This document shows, piece by piece, positions 1-9,142 of a stretch of 62,731 nt of DNA (position 1 is its first letter; each line of letters begins with the position of its first letter). The translations under genes and the position numbers were made by a program. Source of the stretch: a virus (Duplodnaviria > Heunggongvirae > Uroviricota > Caudoviricetes); the IMG/VR virus record IMGVR_UViG_3300037510_000569, positions 1 through 62,731 of that record; one strand, given 5' to 3'. The notes beneath the pieces were generated by a model. It saw only the letters and a list, made by a program, of their open reading frames with translations, searched no databases and was not told the origin of the DNA.

Positions 1-864
1 GAGCACCAGGCGGCACGCAACAAGCGCTCGGTCTGGGAGATACCGACGGTCCCATTCAAGGGCACCCACTTCGCCACCTTCCCACCGAAACTCGTCGACC
101 CCTGCGTGCAGGCCGGGACACCGGAGGCCGGATGCTGCGTGGAGTGCGGAGCGCCGCGGCAGAGAATTGTCAACAAGGTCCGGACGCTGGACGGCGGGGA
201 GGGCGTAGAAGGCACCTGGGACCACGACGAGGCCGGGCGCATCGGCGCGGCAGGAGTCGGCCATTGGCGCTACGAGACAACGGTTGAGACGCTCGGCTGG
301 CGGCCGACCTGCGTCTGCGGCGCCCCGGCCGGCATCGAACCCGACGACATGGAGCTGATCGCTTCGCCGACCGGCGAGGGAGGCGGTGAGGACCCCAGCC
401 AGAAGGTCGGGCGGGCCGGATACCTGAGGCCGCGGGCAGACGGAGGCGGCCTGCGGGTGATGACGCGCTTCCAACAGCGCCGCTACGCCGAACAGTTGCG
501 CGGCCTGCGCGCGGAGACGATCAAGCGCGACCTGGAGATCACCGACGACGCATGGGCCCACTACATCCGCACCGACCGCGCCGGCGCGCGGCCTCTGCCG
601 CCGGACAAGCTCGCCACTCTCCTCGCCTCTGGGCTTCTCGACCCCGTAGAGCCGCCGGACTGGGAGCTTCCCGAGACGCGGCCAGCGGTCGTGCTCGACC
701 CCTTCAGCGGCGCGGGGACGACCGGGATGGTCTCCCTTCGCTTCGGCCGCTCCTTCGTCGGATGCGAGCTCAGCGAGACCTACGCGGAGATGAGTCGAGA
801 CCGCATCCGCGACGACGCGCCCCTCTTCAACACGGGGGCTGAGAGGCCGCTGGAGGCCGCGTGA
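1..864 (+). CDS. DNA N4-cytosine/N6-adenine methyltransferase, 5' partial
   Basis: Frame is open from base 1: RNKRSVWEIPTVPFKGTHFATFPPKLVDPCV ... VVLDPFSGAGTTGMV ... FVGCEL (SAM-binding motif I); long insertion between these parts. Confidence 0.85.
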   Translation, partial: EHQAARNKRSVWEIPTVPFKGTHFATFPPKLVDPCVQAGTPEAGCCVECGAPRQRIVNKVRTLDGGEGVEGTWDHDEAGRIGAAGVGHWRYETTVETLGWRPTCVCGAPAGIEPDDMELIASPTGEGGGEDPSQKVGRAGYLRPRADGGGLRVMTRFQQRRYAEQLRGLRAETIKRDLEITDDAWAHYIRTDRAGARPLPPDKLATLLASGLLDPVEPPDWELPETRPAVVLDPFSGAGTTGMVSLRFGRSFVGCELSETYAEMSRDRIRDDAPLFNTGAERPLEAA

Positions 865-1316
865 AGCGCTCTGGCCCCATCCGACGAGGGAAACCCCTCA
901 AGCGGGGCGGGCCGCTTAAGAGAGGCGCTCCGCTGAAGCGGAGACCTTCGATTCGGAGCGCTCTGGACCGCCAGCTGTCGGAGGCCTATGCGAAGGGAAT
1001 CCGCCGAAAGAAATGTGCCTCTTGCGGTCGTGCTGCGCCAGGTGTAGTAATACGAGCTCATCATGTGCTGCGCCGCAAAATCCTCGAACGTGAGCTGCGA
1101 GACAGGGGATGGCCGCCAGAGAGGATTTCGACCGCGGCGTGGGACAAGCGCAACCGGCTCCCGGTCTGCGACCAGTGCCACCTCAATCACCACAACGGGA
1201 CCCGACGGCTCCCGATTGACCTTGTCGTGCGCGAGGCACCGAAGGCGATCCAGTTCGCGCGGGAGCTGGACATGCTCGAGGCCCTCAAGCGCGACTACGA
1301 CCAGGAGGAGAGATGA
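861..1316 (+). CDS. HNH-like Zn-binding nuclease
   Basis: CASC...AHHVL...NRLPVCDQCHLNHH; basic N-terminal (K/R)GxPLKR repeats; GTGA overlap. Confidence 0.6.
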   Translation: MKRSGPIRRGKPLKRGGPLKRGAPLKRRPSIRSALDRQLSEAYAKGIRRKKCASCGRAAPGVVIRAHHVLRRKILERELRDRGWPPERISTAAWDKRNRLPVCDQCHLNHHNGTRRLPIDLVVREAPKAIQFARELDMLEALKRDYDQEER

Positions 1317-1456
1317 AGAGCATCGAGGAGATGACCCGTGAGCAAGAAGCGATCCAAAGTCAACTGTCGATCGAGCCTCCCGCGGTAGAGAGTTCAGCAG
1401 AAGAAGCCGCGCAAAACCCGCAAACGCCCCTAGCCCTGGCTCAGCGCAGCATCTAG
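1313..1456 (+). CDS. small hypothetical protein
   Basis: ATGA-coupled 47-aa ORF filling the gap. Confidence 0.35.
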   Translation: MKSIEEMTREQEAIQSQLSIEPPAVESSAEEAAQNPQTPLALAQRSI

Positions 1457-1465
1457 AAGCAGGGC

Positions 1466-2317
1466 ATGAGCTTCCAAGCCATCAACTGGGCTTGGGCGGT
1501 GATCGAAGCCACGCCGCTCGGCAACGGCGAGAACGAGCTCACCGACCGACAAGCCCTGATCCTCGAGCGGATCGCGCATGTCGCCAACCGCTCAGCCATC
1601 TGCTACCCCGGCAACGAGGCTCTCGGGGCGTCCACACGAAGCGACGAAAGCACTGTCACGAGGGCGCTGCGCAAGTTCGAGGCGATGGGTCTCCTGACCC
1701 GTTCAGCGAAGACGCAAAAGGGCCACAGAGGAAGGGCCTACGACACGATCAAGCTGAATCTCGGCTACGCAGCAACCCCGCACGCCAGTGCCAACGGGAA
1801 GCCGCAGCAACCCCGCACGCCAGACGGGACTAATCCCGCACACCAGCCGCAGCAACCCCGCACGCCAGTGCCTCGCACTAATAAGGGAACTGACAACGGA
1901 ACTGACAACGGAACTGACGAGCTACGCGCGCGCGCCCGCGGGAAGCTCCGAATTGACGAAGACGAGGTGACAGACGAGGAGCTGGCCATCGCCCTTGCTG
2001 CGATGGGTGCTTTTAACGAACGCAACGGATCGAATCTCGGGCTGATCGGCTCGAAGGGCAAACCGACCGACGCGCTGACGCGGATCGTGATGAGGGTCCG
2101 CGAACACCCGGAGCTCGCCGCCGAGGACCACGTTTTGATCGTCCATCGCAACTTCGATGCGCCGTGGTGGAAGGAGCCCAAGCTCGGCGGCGTTGGGCCG
2201 ATCTACGGGCCGAAAGCCTGGCCGCGGGCTATGGCCTGCGACGGGGTCAAGCGCTCGGAGCGGACCGTCCGCCGCAATGTCGATCGGCCGGGGCGGCGGA
2301 AGAAGGAACCGTGGTGA
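1466..2317 (+). CDS. phage replication initiator (N-terminal winged HTH)
   Basis: MSFQAINWAW start, CYPGNEALG..SDESTVTRALRKFEAMGLL HTH, internal DNA repeats, followed by a DnaC-like gene. Confidence 0.75.
   Translation: MSFQAINWAWAVIEATPLGNGENELTDRQALILERIAHVANRSAICYPGNEALGASTRSDESTVTRALRKFEAMGLLTRSAKTQKGHRGRAYDTIKLNLGYAATPHASANGKPQQPRTPDGTNPAHQPQQPRTPVPRTNKGTDNGTDNGTDELRARARGKLRIDEDEVTDEELAIALAAMGAFNERNGSNLGLIGSKGKPTDALTRIVMRVREHPELAAEDHVLIVHRNFDAPWWKEPKLGGVGPIYGPKAWPRAMACDGVKRSERTVRRNVDRPGRRKKEPW
1769..1868 (+). repeat. iteron-like direct repeats (probable origin)
   Basis: GCAGCAACCCCGCACGCCAG at 1769, 1804 and 1849, plus a degenerate copy near 1833. Confidence 0.85.
1886..1920 (+). repeat. 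tandem 12-mer GGAACTGACAAC x~3
   Basis: Follows the A/T-richer ACTAATAAG; encodes GTDNGTDNGTD. Confidence 0.8.
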
Positions 2318-3156
2318 GTCAGCTACGAGCCGTCAGCGAAGTCGGCAACGCAGCTTGCACTGGCTGCGGGAAGACGATCGAGATCGACGGTCTGGAGGAG
2401 ATGGGCGAGCCCTGGCGCGACTCGCTGGAAAGGACCGTGAAGTGCGAGGAGTGCATCCAGAAAAGCGAGGCGGCCGACGAGGAGAAAGTGCGCGCCAAAC
2501 GCATCGCGCTCTACCACGGAGCCGTGCGTCTGATCGGCCTGCCGCGGGAGTTCGTTGGCCTCGGTTGGGCGGCGATGGACGAGACCGAGCCAGACGACGT
2601 GGTGGAGGGCGAGCGCGTCGTTGCCACGAAGGAGGAGGCCAGCGTGTCTCGAGCCGAAGCGATCGCCGCCGCGCAGCGCTGGGCTGAGGGCAAGACTCGA
2701 GGCCTGGTGCTGAGTGGGCGAGTCGGTTTGGGGAAGTCGCGCCTGGCCGCCGTGGCGGCGCAGGCTTTCGTCTTCTGGCGCGTCAAGGCGATGGCCGCCG
2801 ACCGAGTGGAAGCCGGCGCTCAGGTCGCAGCGCCGCGCTATGTCTCGGTCCCCGCGCTCGTCAAGGCGTCGCGGGCGCGCTACGAATCCGATGCGAGAGA
2901 GTGGGCCGAGCGCGTGGTCTCCGGCTCCTCCTCGCTCGTACTCGACGACATCGACAAGGTCAAGCCCACCGAGTTCTCGATCGACCTGCTCTTCGAGGCG
3001 ATCGAGGCCCGGACCTCGCAGGAGCGCTCGCTGCTCGTGACGACGAACCTCCGCTACCCCGAGCTCGAGGACCTGCTCGGCGAGCCGATCGCATCGCGCT
3101 TGGCGGGCTACTGCGAGGGCCGTCGAATCCTCGGCGAAGACAGGCGGCAGAGCTGA
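2314..3156 (+). CDS. DnaC/IstB-like AAA+ helicase loader
   Basis: CxxC...CEEC N-terminus; Walker A GRVGLGKS; Walker B LVLDDID; LVTTN; IASRL; GTGA overlap at 2314. Confidence 0.85.
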   Translation: MSQLRAVSEVGNAACTGCGKTIEIDGLEEMGEPWRDSLERTVKCEECIQKSEAADEEKVRAKRIALYHGAVRLIGLPREFVGLGWAAMDETEPDDVVEGERVVATKEEASVSRAEAIAAAQRWAEGKTRGLVLSGRVGLGKSRLAAVAAQAFVFWRVKAMAADRVEAGAQVAAPRYVSVPALVKASRARYESDAREWAERVVSGSSSLVLDDIDKVKPTEFSIDLLFEAIEARTSQERSLLVTTNLRYPELEDLLGEPIASRLAGYCEGRRILGEDRRQS

Positions 3157-3189
3157 TGTCGTCCGGCCTCAACGGGACCATTTACCGCT

Positions 3190-3681
3190 ATGGAGCAGGC
3201 ATTGCTCACCCCAGATGCGGCTGTGGAAGCACAGCTGATGAGCACCGCCGGGCCGCCCGTGGAGTTCGAGATCGTGGGGCGTCCGGTGACGTGGTCGCGG
3301 ATGCGGCGAAACCGCTACGGCGCGTCTTTCATCCCTGCCGACCGGGAAGCGCACATGGCGGCGATCCGCGACTCCTGGCTGACCACCGGCCGGGAGGCTT
3401 TCCACCGCGACGAGGTGCTCTTGCTGGAAACGGAGTTCGTCTTCGACCGCAGCCGCTCGCACTTCGGCTCAGGCAAGAACCGCAACCGCGTTCTGCCGAG
3501 CGCGCCGGTGCGGCCGGGGAAGAACTGCGGCGACCTCGACAACCTCGTGAAGATCGTCAAGGACGCGCTGAACTCCATCGCCTTCCACGACGACTCTCAG
3601 ATCGCCTTCCTGGTGGCGCTGAAGCGCTTCGCCGAGGGCACGGAGATGCCGCGTACCAGGGTGCTCCTGCGCGCCCTATAG
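3190..3681 (+). CDS. rusA: RusA-like Holliday junction resolvase
   Basis: GDLDNLVKIVKDALNSIAFHDDSQI signature. Confidence 0.85.
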   Translation: MEQALLTPDAAVEAQLMSTAGPPVEFEIVGRPVTWSRMRRNRYGASFIPADREAHMAAIRDSWLTTGREAFHRDEVLLLETEFVFDRSRSHFGSGKNRNRVLPSAPVRPGKNCGDLDNLVKIVKDALNSIAFHDDSQIAFLVALKRFAEGTEMPRTRVLLRAL

Positions 3682-3703
3682 AGCTTGCGACCAAGGGAGC
3701 GGC

Positions 3704-3727
3704 GCCGGGGGCCGTAGTGCCCCCGGC
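3704..3727. terminator. GC-rich hairpin
   Basis: GCCGGGGGC/GCCCCCGGC 9-bp stem, no U-tract. Confidence 0.45.
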
Positions 3728-3736
3728 CCGCCCAAG

Positions 3737-4093
3737 ATGACCCAGGTCTCTGAAATCGCAGCGGTCATTCGCCGCCACCACTTCCACTTCTTCGACGAGT
3801 ACATGCTCCAGGAGGGGCTCGCCGGCGCTCTTGGTGCAGCGGGCCACGAGGTCAAGCGCGAGGTTCGCATCAAACGCGGTCGACTCGACCTGCTGATCGA
3901 CGGATGCATCGGCCTCGAGGTCAAGATCGCCTGCCCCAAGCGCCAACTCGAACGCCAGGTGACGCGCTACCTGGAGGGGGACGAGCTGGACGGCATGGTC
4001 GTCGTCTCGGTCGCAGCGCGCCACGCGGCGATCGCCGAGCAGATAGCCGGCAAGCCAGTGGAGGTCGTCACCCTCGGCGGCGGGGCCTTGTAG
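3737..4093 (+). CDS. PD-(D/E)xK nuclease-like protein
   Basis: REV...RLDLLIDGCIGLEVK...QVTRY; sits next to the SNF2 helicase. Confidence 0.6.
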   Translation: MTQVSEIAAVIRRHHFHFFDEYMLQEGLAGALGAAGHEVKREVRIKRGRLDLLIDGCIGLEVKIACPKRQLERQVTRYLEGDELDGMVVVSVAARHAAIAEQIAGKPVEVVTLGGGAL

Positions 4094-5889
4094 TGGGCGA
4101 GCTCCTCGCCCTCGAGCGCCCCCGCCGAGACCCCAAGAAGCGCCGGACCTTCGGCACGATGAAGTACCTGCCGCCGGAGGTGGAAGTGCGGCCCCGCGGC
4201 GTCTGGGTGATCGAGGCCCAGCCCGAGGTGATGCTGCGGCTGAAGCGCATCTTCCTGCGGATCGACCGCGGCAAACGCGGCATGGTCTGGATCACGGACT
4301 CGCCTGAAATCTGCCGCGATCTCAGCTGGGTGATGCAGCGCTACCCGATGGAGATGGATGCCGGCACTCGCGTGCGGCTGAAGGAAGGCACCCGGCAGCA
4401 CATCCGCACCGAAGAGACCGTGATCGACATCCTCGCTGGCCACGAGCAGCGCCTCGGCACCCGCGAGCCCGCACGCCAGCCGCGCGACTACCAGCGCGTC
4501 GCCGGCAACCTGATCCTCTCCACCAAACGCCTGCTGCTGGTGGATGACCTCGGTTTGGGGAAGACCTTCAGCCTCCTCCTGACCCTGATGGCCGAAGACG
4601 CGCTACCAGCGCTGGTGGTCACGTTGACCCATCTCCCCGGCCAGTGGCTGGAAGAGCTCGAGCTCTCCTTCCCGGAGCTGCGTGGCCACGTCGTCCGCAA
4701 AGGGACGCCGTACGACCCTTCCAAGCACCGCTCCATGAAGGGCCGCCAGCCCGACGTGCTGATCATGAACTACGCCAAACTCGCGGGCTGGGCGGACTAC
4801 CTCTCAGGTCGGGTGCGCACCGTCCTGTACGACGAAATCCAGGAACTGCGGCGCGACCAGAGCCAGAAGTACGACGCCGCCGCTCAGATCGCGGACGGCG
4901 CGCTCTACAAAGCCGGGGCCACCACCACGCCGGTCTACAACTACGGCGGCGAGATCCACAACGTCGTCTCGATCCTCGACACCGACATCCTCGGCACCCG
5001 TGAGGAGTTCATCCGCGAGTGGGGCGCCGGCGACTCCGGCGACAAGCTGAAAGTCAAGGAGCCCGACGCCCTCGGCTCCTACCTGCGCAGCGAGGGGATC
5101 ATGCTGAAGCGGACCCGCGAGGAAGTCGGCCGGGAGTTGCCGCCGACGGTGCGGGTCCCCCATACGGTCGAGACCGATGAGAGGACCCTGTTCCGCCTCA
5201 CCGCCGGAACGCTTGATCTCGCCGACCTCATCCTCAGCCGCGCCGGCACCAAGGAGGAAGTCTTCAAGGCATCCGGCGAACTGGACTGGAAGATGCGCCA
5301 TGCGACCGGCGTGGCGAAGGCGCGCTACGTCGCCGAGTTCGTGAGACTCCTGCTGGAGGAGGAGGAGAAGGTCCTGCTGTTCGGCTGGCACCGAGATGTC
5401 TACGACATCTGGCTCCAGATGCTCGCCGACTTCAACCCCGTGATGTTCACCGGCTCGGAGTCGCCAGCTGGAAAGGAGCGCAGCAAGCAGGCTTTCGTCG
5501 ACGGCGACAGCCGCGTCTTGCTGATGTCGCTGCGCGCGGGCGCTGGTTTGAACGGAGTCCAGGAGGTCTGCAAGGTCTGCGTTTTCGGCGAGCTCGACTG
5601 GTCGCCAGGGGTCCATGACCAGTGCATCGGTCGGCTGCGCCGCGACCGCGACGAAGACGAGGGCAAAGTCGCCGAGGAGCGCGAGGCCATCAAGCAGGTC
5701 TTCGCCTACTTCCTCGTCGCCAACGAGGGTTCCGACCCGGTCGTTGCCGAGGTTCTCAACCTGAAGCGGATGCAGTCCGAGCCGATGATCAATCCCGACC
5801 GCCCCCTCTTCGAGGGAGCCTCGGACGCCGGCGATCGCGTCCGGCGCCTCGCTCAGTTTGTGAAGGAGAGCCGTGAGAAACGAGAGTGA
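4093..5889 (+). CDS. SNF2-family helicase/ATPase
   Basis: DDLGLGKT, YDEIQ, SLRAGAGLNG, ELDWSPG, QCIGRLRR motifs. Confidence 0.85.
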   Translation: MGELLALERPRRDPKKRRTFGTMKYLPPEVEVRPRGVWVIEAQPEVMLRLKRIFLRIDRGKRGMVWITDSPEICRDLSWVMQRYPMEMDAGTRVRLKEGTRQHIRTEETVIDILAGHEQRLGTREPARQPRDYQRVAGNLILSTKRLLLVDDLGLGKTFSLLLTLMAEDALPALVVTLTHLPGQWLEELELSFPELRGHVVRKGTPYDPSKHRSMKGRQPDVLIMNYAKLAGWADYLSGRVRTVLYDEIQELRRDQSQKYDAAAQIADGALYKAGATTTPVYNYGGEIHNVVSILDTDILGTREEFIREWGAGDSGDKLKVKEPDALGSYLRSEGIMLKRTREEVGRELPPTVRVPHTVETDERTLFRLTAGTLDLADLILSRAGTKEEVFKASGELDWKMRHATGVAKARYVAEFVRLLLEEEEKVLLFGWHRDVYDIWLQMLADFNPVMFTGSESPAGKERSKQAFVDGDSRVLLMSLRAGAGLNGVQEVCKVCVFGELDWSPGVHDQCIGRLRRDRDEDEGKVAEEREAIKQVFAYFLVANEGSDPVVAEVLNLKRMQSEPMINPDRPLFEGASDAGDRVRRLAQFVKESREKRE

Positions 5890-6130
5890 CGGCGACGCCC
5901 GCAACCTGCAGCGCAGCCTCGCCCTCCGGATGGAGGCTCACTTCCCCGTCGCCGCGGTTGCCGTATTGAACGCTCAGCCCGAGCTACGCGACGGCACCTT
6001 GATCCTCTTCTTCAAGCGCGAGCACCGCAGCTCCTTCAAGGAGGCGAAGAAGATGGAGTTGGGGATGCGGCACTTCTGCGACTGCGAAGTGCGAGTGGAG
6101 CGCGACTGGCACAACCTGCGAGAAGACTGA
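5873..6130 (+). CDS. hypothetical protein
   Basis: ORF overlapping the helicase end, GC3-rich codons. Confidence 0.55.
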   Translation: MRNESDGDARNLQRSLALRMEAHFPVAAVAVLNAQPELRDGTLILFFKREHRSSFKEAKKMELGMRHFCDCEVRVERDWHNLRED

Positions 6131-6187
6131 AGCGTCCGCAGCGGGTGCCACGCTCCGCGCGTCAATCCCCTTGCAAGGAGGAAGTAG

Positions 6188-6472
6188 ATGGCTGGTCTAG
6201 TCACCGAGGGACTGCCGGATCAGGTTGCGGCAAGTCTCGCATCGTTCGTCCCAGGCGCGCTCAAGGTCGATGTCGTCTCAGGGGCGGCCGAAAACACCAA
6301 CATCGCCGTCACCGGCATCGCCACCGAGGACACGGTGATCGGCGCGGTCTTCTTCCCCAAAGAAGGCGGCGCTCCGGCGAAGCTGACCGTGACGATCTCG
6401 GCGGGCAACATCAAAACCGCGACCGACACGACCGGCGGCAAAATCGTCGTCCTCTGGGCCGACAAGAGCTAG
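6188..6472 (+). CDS. small beta-rich protein, possibly a virion decoration protein
   Basis: SD GGAAG; Ala/Gly/Thr/Val-rich composition; followed by a hairpin. Confidence 0.6.
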   Translation: MAGLVTEGLPDQVAASLASFVPGALKVDVVSGAAENTNIAVTGIATEDTVIGAVFFPKEGGAPAKLTVTISAGNIKTATDTTGGKIVVLWADKS

Positions 6473-6478
6473 GCGTGA

Positions 6479-6503
6479 CCCCGACCGCCTAGCGCGGTCG
6501 GGG
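6479..6503. terminator. bidirectional hairpin between convergent genes
   Basis: CCCCGACCGC/GCGGTCGGGG 10-bp stem. Confidence 0.65.
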
Positions 6504-6505
6504 GA

Positions 6506-6847
6506 CTAGCTCGCTGAGCCGATCACAAGGCCGCAGAGCAAGCCGACGATCATTGCGACCACGGCGGAACCGCAGACCCACAGGATGATCCTCTCCCGCG
6601 CGTCTGAGAGGTCTTCCTGGAGGACGCGCTGGCGGCGGCGGCCCTCCCTTTCGATGTGGCCGGTCAGTTTCGCGGCCTGCTCGCAGTCCGCGCTGTCGTT
6701 GCAATAGCGGACGTTTTCGCCGCGTTCGTGGCCGTAGCCGTCGACGTGGGTGTGCTTCGCGACGCTGATCTTCGCGTCGGGCCGCGAGCGCCCGCAGATA
6801 TGGCAGGTCCAGCGCAGTTCTTGGGCGTCGCCTTCTACTTCGCTCAC
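6506..6847 (-). CDS. Zn-ribbon protein with C-terminal TM helix
   Basis: CHIC...YCNDSADC and hydrophobic tail; GTGA-coupled to the upstream small ORF. Confidence 0.55.
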   Translation of the reverse strand: MSEVEGDAQELRWTCHICGRSRPDAKISVAKHTHVDGYGHERGENVRYCNDSADCEQAAKLTGHIEREGRRRQRVLQEDLSDARERIILWVCGSAVVAMIVGLLCGLVIGSAS

Positions 6848-6966
6848 GCGCGTTTGGCGTGCAGGTTGGGGCAGTTGGCCTGTCCGCAGGTCTTGCCTGC
6901 CTCCAGCTGGGTATTGGTGCAGCCGCAAATCTCGACAACGTTGACTGCGGCACCTTGGACTGACAT
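6844..6966 (-). CDS. 40-aa Cys-rich peptide
   Basis: MSVQGAAVNVVEICGCTNTQLEAGKTCGQANCPNLHAKRA; preceded by CCGACCAAGGAGG and TGcTAACTT. Confidence 0.55.
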   Translation of the reverse strand: MSVQGAAVNVVEICGCTNTQLEAGKTCGQANCPNLHAKRA

Positions 6967-7054
6967 GGACTTCCTCCTTGGTCGGGTGTGCCAACAAAGT
7001 TAGCAGAATCGTGTATGGTGTGCAGCAGAATCAACCCGACCAAGGAGGCCAGCG

Positions 7055-7330
7055 ATGGCAACCACCAAGACGACGCCGAGCAAAGGCGGAGTTGACATGA
7101 AGGAGGGCGCGCGGCAGGTCCTCGCCCGCGCCAAAGGACCGCTCCACTATCGCGAGATCACCAAACGGATTCTCGCCGACGGGAAGGTCAAGACCAAAGG
7201 CAAGACGCCAGCGCAGTCGGTGAGCGCGAAGCTGGCGACCTCGGCCGCGAAGGGCGACACCTTCGTGCGCGTGGCTCCGGGGGTCTACGACCTCAAAGAG
7301 CGCGCCAAGAAGGGGGACGACGAGGAGTGA
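7055..7330 (+). CDS. stand-alone HARE-HTH domain protein
   Basis: EGARQVL..PLHYREIT..GKTPAQSVSA..FVRVAPGVYDL pattern. Confidence 0.8.
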   Translation: MATTKTTPSKGGVDMKEGARQVLARAKGPLHYREITKRILADGKVKTKGKTPAQSVSAKLATSAAKGDTFVRVAPGVYDLKERAKKGDDEE

Positions 7331-7629
7331 CCGAGCGCTGGAAAGCCGAGGACTTCTGGCAGGAACGCGGCGATGTCCCCCCGACCGAGGGGGGCACTCT
7401 GCTGACCAGCAACGATGTCCTCTGGGCTACCTTCACCGCTGGCGCAACGGAGGCCACCGTTCTTCCCGGCCATCCCGATCCCGGATACGCGACCGTGCGC
7501 GTCCGCGGCTTGGGGTGGTTCGGGAGGCGGCGGCTGTGGTGGGTGCTGAACCAAGACAACCGAGTGCCGATCGGCCATCGCTACAAGGTCGAGAAGCTGG
7601 ACGACAGAACGGAGAGGACCGATGGCTAA
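7327..7629 (+). CDS. hypothetical protein
   Basis: GTGA-coupled ORF. Confidence 0.6.
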   Translation: MTERWKAEDFWQERGDVPPTEGGTLLTSNDVLWATFTAGATEATVLPGHPDPGYATVRVRGLGWFGRRRLWWVLNQDNRVPIGHRYKVEKLDDRTERTDG

Positions 7630-9142
7630 GAAGCTCCCGACCTTCGAGGTAGACAAACAGGGCTTGGCGAAACTCCTTGAGCGCAAAGGCAAGCAGTTCG
7701 CCGTCGCCGAGTTGATCCAGAACGCCTGGGACGAGAACGTTTCAAGGGTCTCGGTGACGCTCCGCGAGGAAGAACCCGCCGACAGCGGCGGGAGCATCTA
7801 CCGCCTGGAGGTCGAGGACGACTCCCCCGAGGGCTTTGCGGACATCGCCCACGCCTACACGCTGTTCGCCGACTCCAAGAAGAAGGACGACCCCGAGAAG
7901 CGCGGGCGCTTCAACATTGGCGAGAAGCTCGTGATCGCCATGTGCCAGACCGCGGTGATCGAAACGACCAAGGGCATCGTCCGCTTCACCCCCGATGGCC
8001 GCGAGATGGACGACAGCCAGCCGCGAAAAGCAGGTTCGATCTTCCGCGGCTTCGTCCAGTTCAGCGACGAGGAGGCCAAGGCCGTCGAGCGGCTCGTCAA
8101 CCGCCTGATCCCGCCCGCAGGGGTGACGACTACCTTCAACGGCGTCGAGCTTGCCCACCGCGAGCCGGTCCGGGAGTTCGAGATCAGCTTGCGCACCGAG
8201 CGCGCCGACTCAGAGGGCTTTCTGAGGCCGACCACGCGCAAGACGCGGGTGGCGATCTACCAGCCTTCGGAAGGGGAAGTCGGCCAGCTCTACGAGATGG
8301 GAATCCCGGTCGTCGAGTCCGGGGACACCTATCACGTAGACATCGCCCAAAAGGTGCCGCTCAACACCGACCGCGACAACGTGCCGCCGAGCTTCCTGCG
8401 CGATGTGCGAGCCGCGGTCCTCAACGCGACCCACGAACTGCTGACGCCCGCCGAGGCGGGGGAGACCTGGGTCGATCACGCGATCGAGGACGAGACCGTC
8501 ACCGAGGAAGCGGTCCAGTCGGTCGTCAGCGCGCGCTACGGCGACAAGGCCGTGATTGCGGACCCGAGCGACCGGGAGGCCGAGAAGATCGCCGTGTCCA
8601 AGGGCTTCACCGTAATCCCCGCGGGTGCCTTCTCGAAAGCCGCATGGAAGAGCGTCAAAGGCGCTGAGGCGGTCAAGCCTGCGGGCCAGGTCACGCCCTC
8701 ACCGGACCCGAGCGCGGGCGAGGACAAGCTCGACATCATGGACCCCGAGCATTGGCCCAGCGCGGTGACGGAGTTCGCTGCTTACGCGAAGGAGCTGGCC
8801 GCGGTTGTTCTGGGGGTTGCGGTCAACGTCCGGGTGGTTCAGCCCAAGAACCGCTCGGAGTGGCCCTACAACGCGACCTGGGGACGCCGAAGCGCGACGA
8901 CCGCCGAGCTGACGTTGAACTACACCGCCCTCGGCTACTCGTTCTTCGAGAAGGCCGTGAGCGGCCCCGTCTGCTCTGTTCGGGCGCACGAACTGCTGAT
9001 CCACGAGTTCGCCCACCAGGACGCGCCCGAACACCTCAGCGAGGCGTTCTACGACGCCTGCTGCAAGGTCGGCGCGCGGCTCGCCGCGGCTCTCGCCGAT
9101 GAGCCGGATCTGCTCGAGCACTCCCAGAAGGTAGCGGCATGA
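7622..9142 (+). CDS. GHKL (Hsp90/MORC-like) ATPase with C-terminal HExxH motif
   Basis: ELIQNAWD (N box), VEDDSPEG (G1), GRFNIGEK (G2); LLIHEFAH near the C-terminus. Confidence 0.75.
   Translation: MAKKLPTFEVDKQGLAKLLERKGKQFAVAELIQNAWDENVSRVSVTLREEEPADSGGSIYRLEVEDDSPEGFADIAHAYTLFADSKKKDDPEKRGRFNIGEKLVIAMCQTAVIETTKGIVRFTPDGREMDDSQPRKAGSIFRGFVQFSDEEAKAVERLVNRLIPPAGVTTTFNGVELAHREPVREFEISLRTERADSEGFLRPTTRKTRVAIYQPSEGEVGQLYEMGIPVVESGDTYHVDIAQKVPLNTDRDNVPPSFLRDVRAAVLNATHELLTPAEAGETWVDHAIEDETVTEEAVQSVVSARYGDKAVIADPSDREAEKIAVSKGFTVIPAGAFSKAAWKSVKGAEAVKPAGQVTPSPDPSAGEDKLDIMDPEHWPSAVTEFAAYAKELAAVVLGVAVNVRVVQPKNRSEWPYNATWGRRSATTAELTLNYTALGYSFFEKAVSGPVCSVRAHELLIHEFAHQDAPEHLSEAFYDACCKVGARLAAALADEPDLLEHSQKVAA

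Noticed and set aside
1-864. Intein in the methyltransferase or terminase
   Set aside because: No intein N-terminal block, HN-(C/S/T) junction or LAGLIDADG inside these ORFs.
4804-5904. Long minus-strand ORFs (e.g. 4804-5904, 11576-12775, 12772-14034, 16852-18936, 19404-20648, 29364-30731, 50510-52864)
   Set aside because: Antisense shadows of well-supported plus-strand genes; expected in high-GC DNA and without recognisable motifs.
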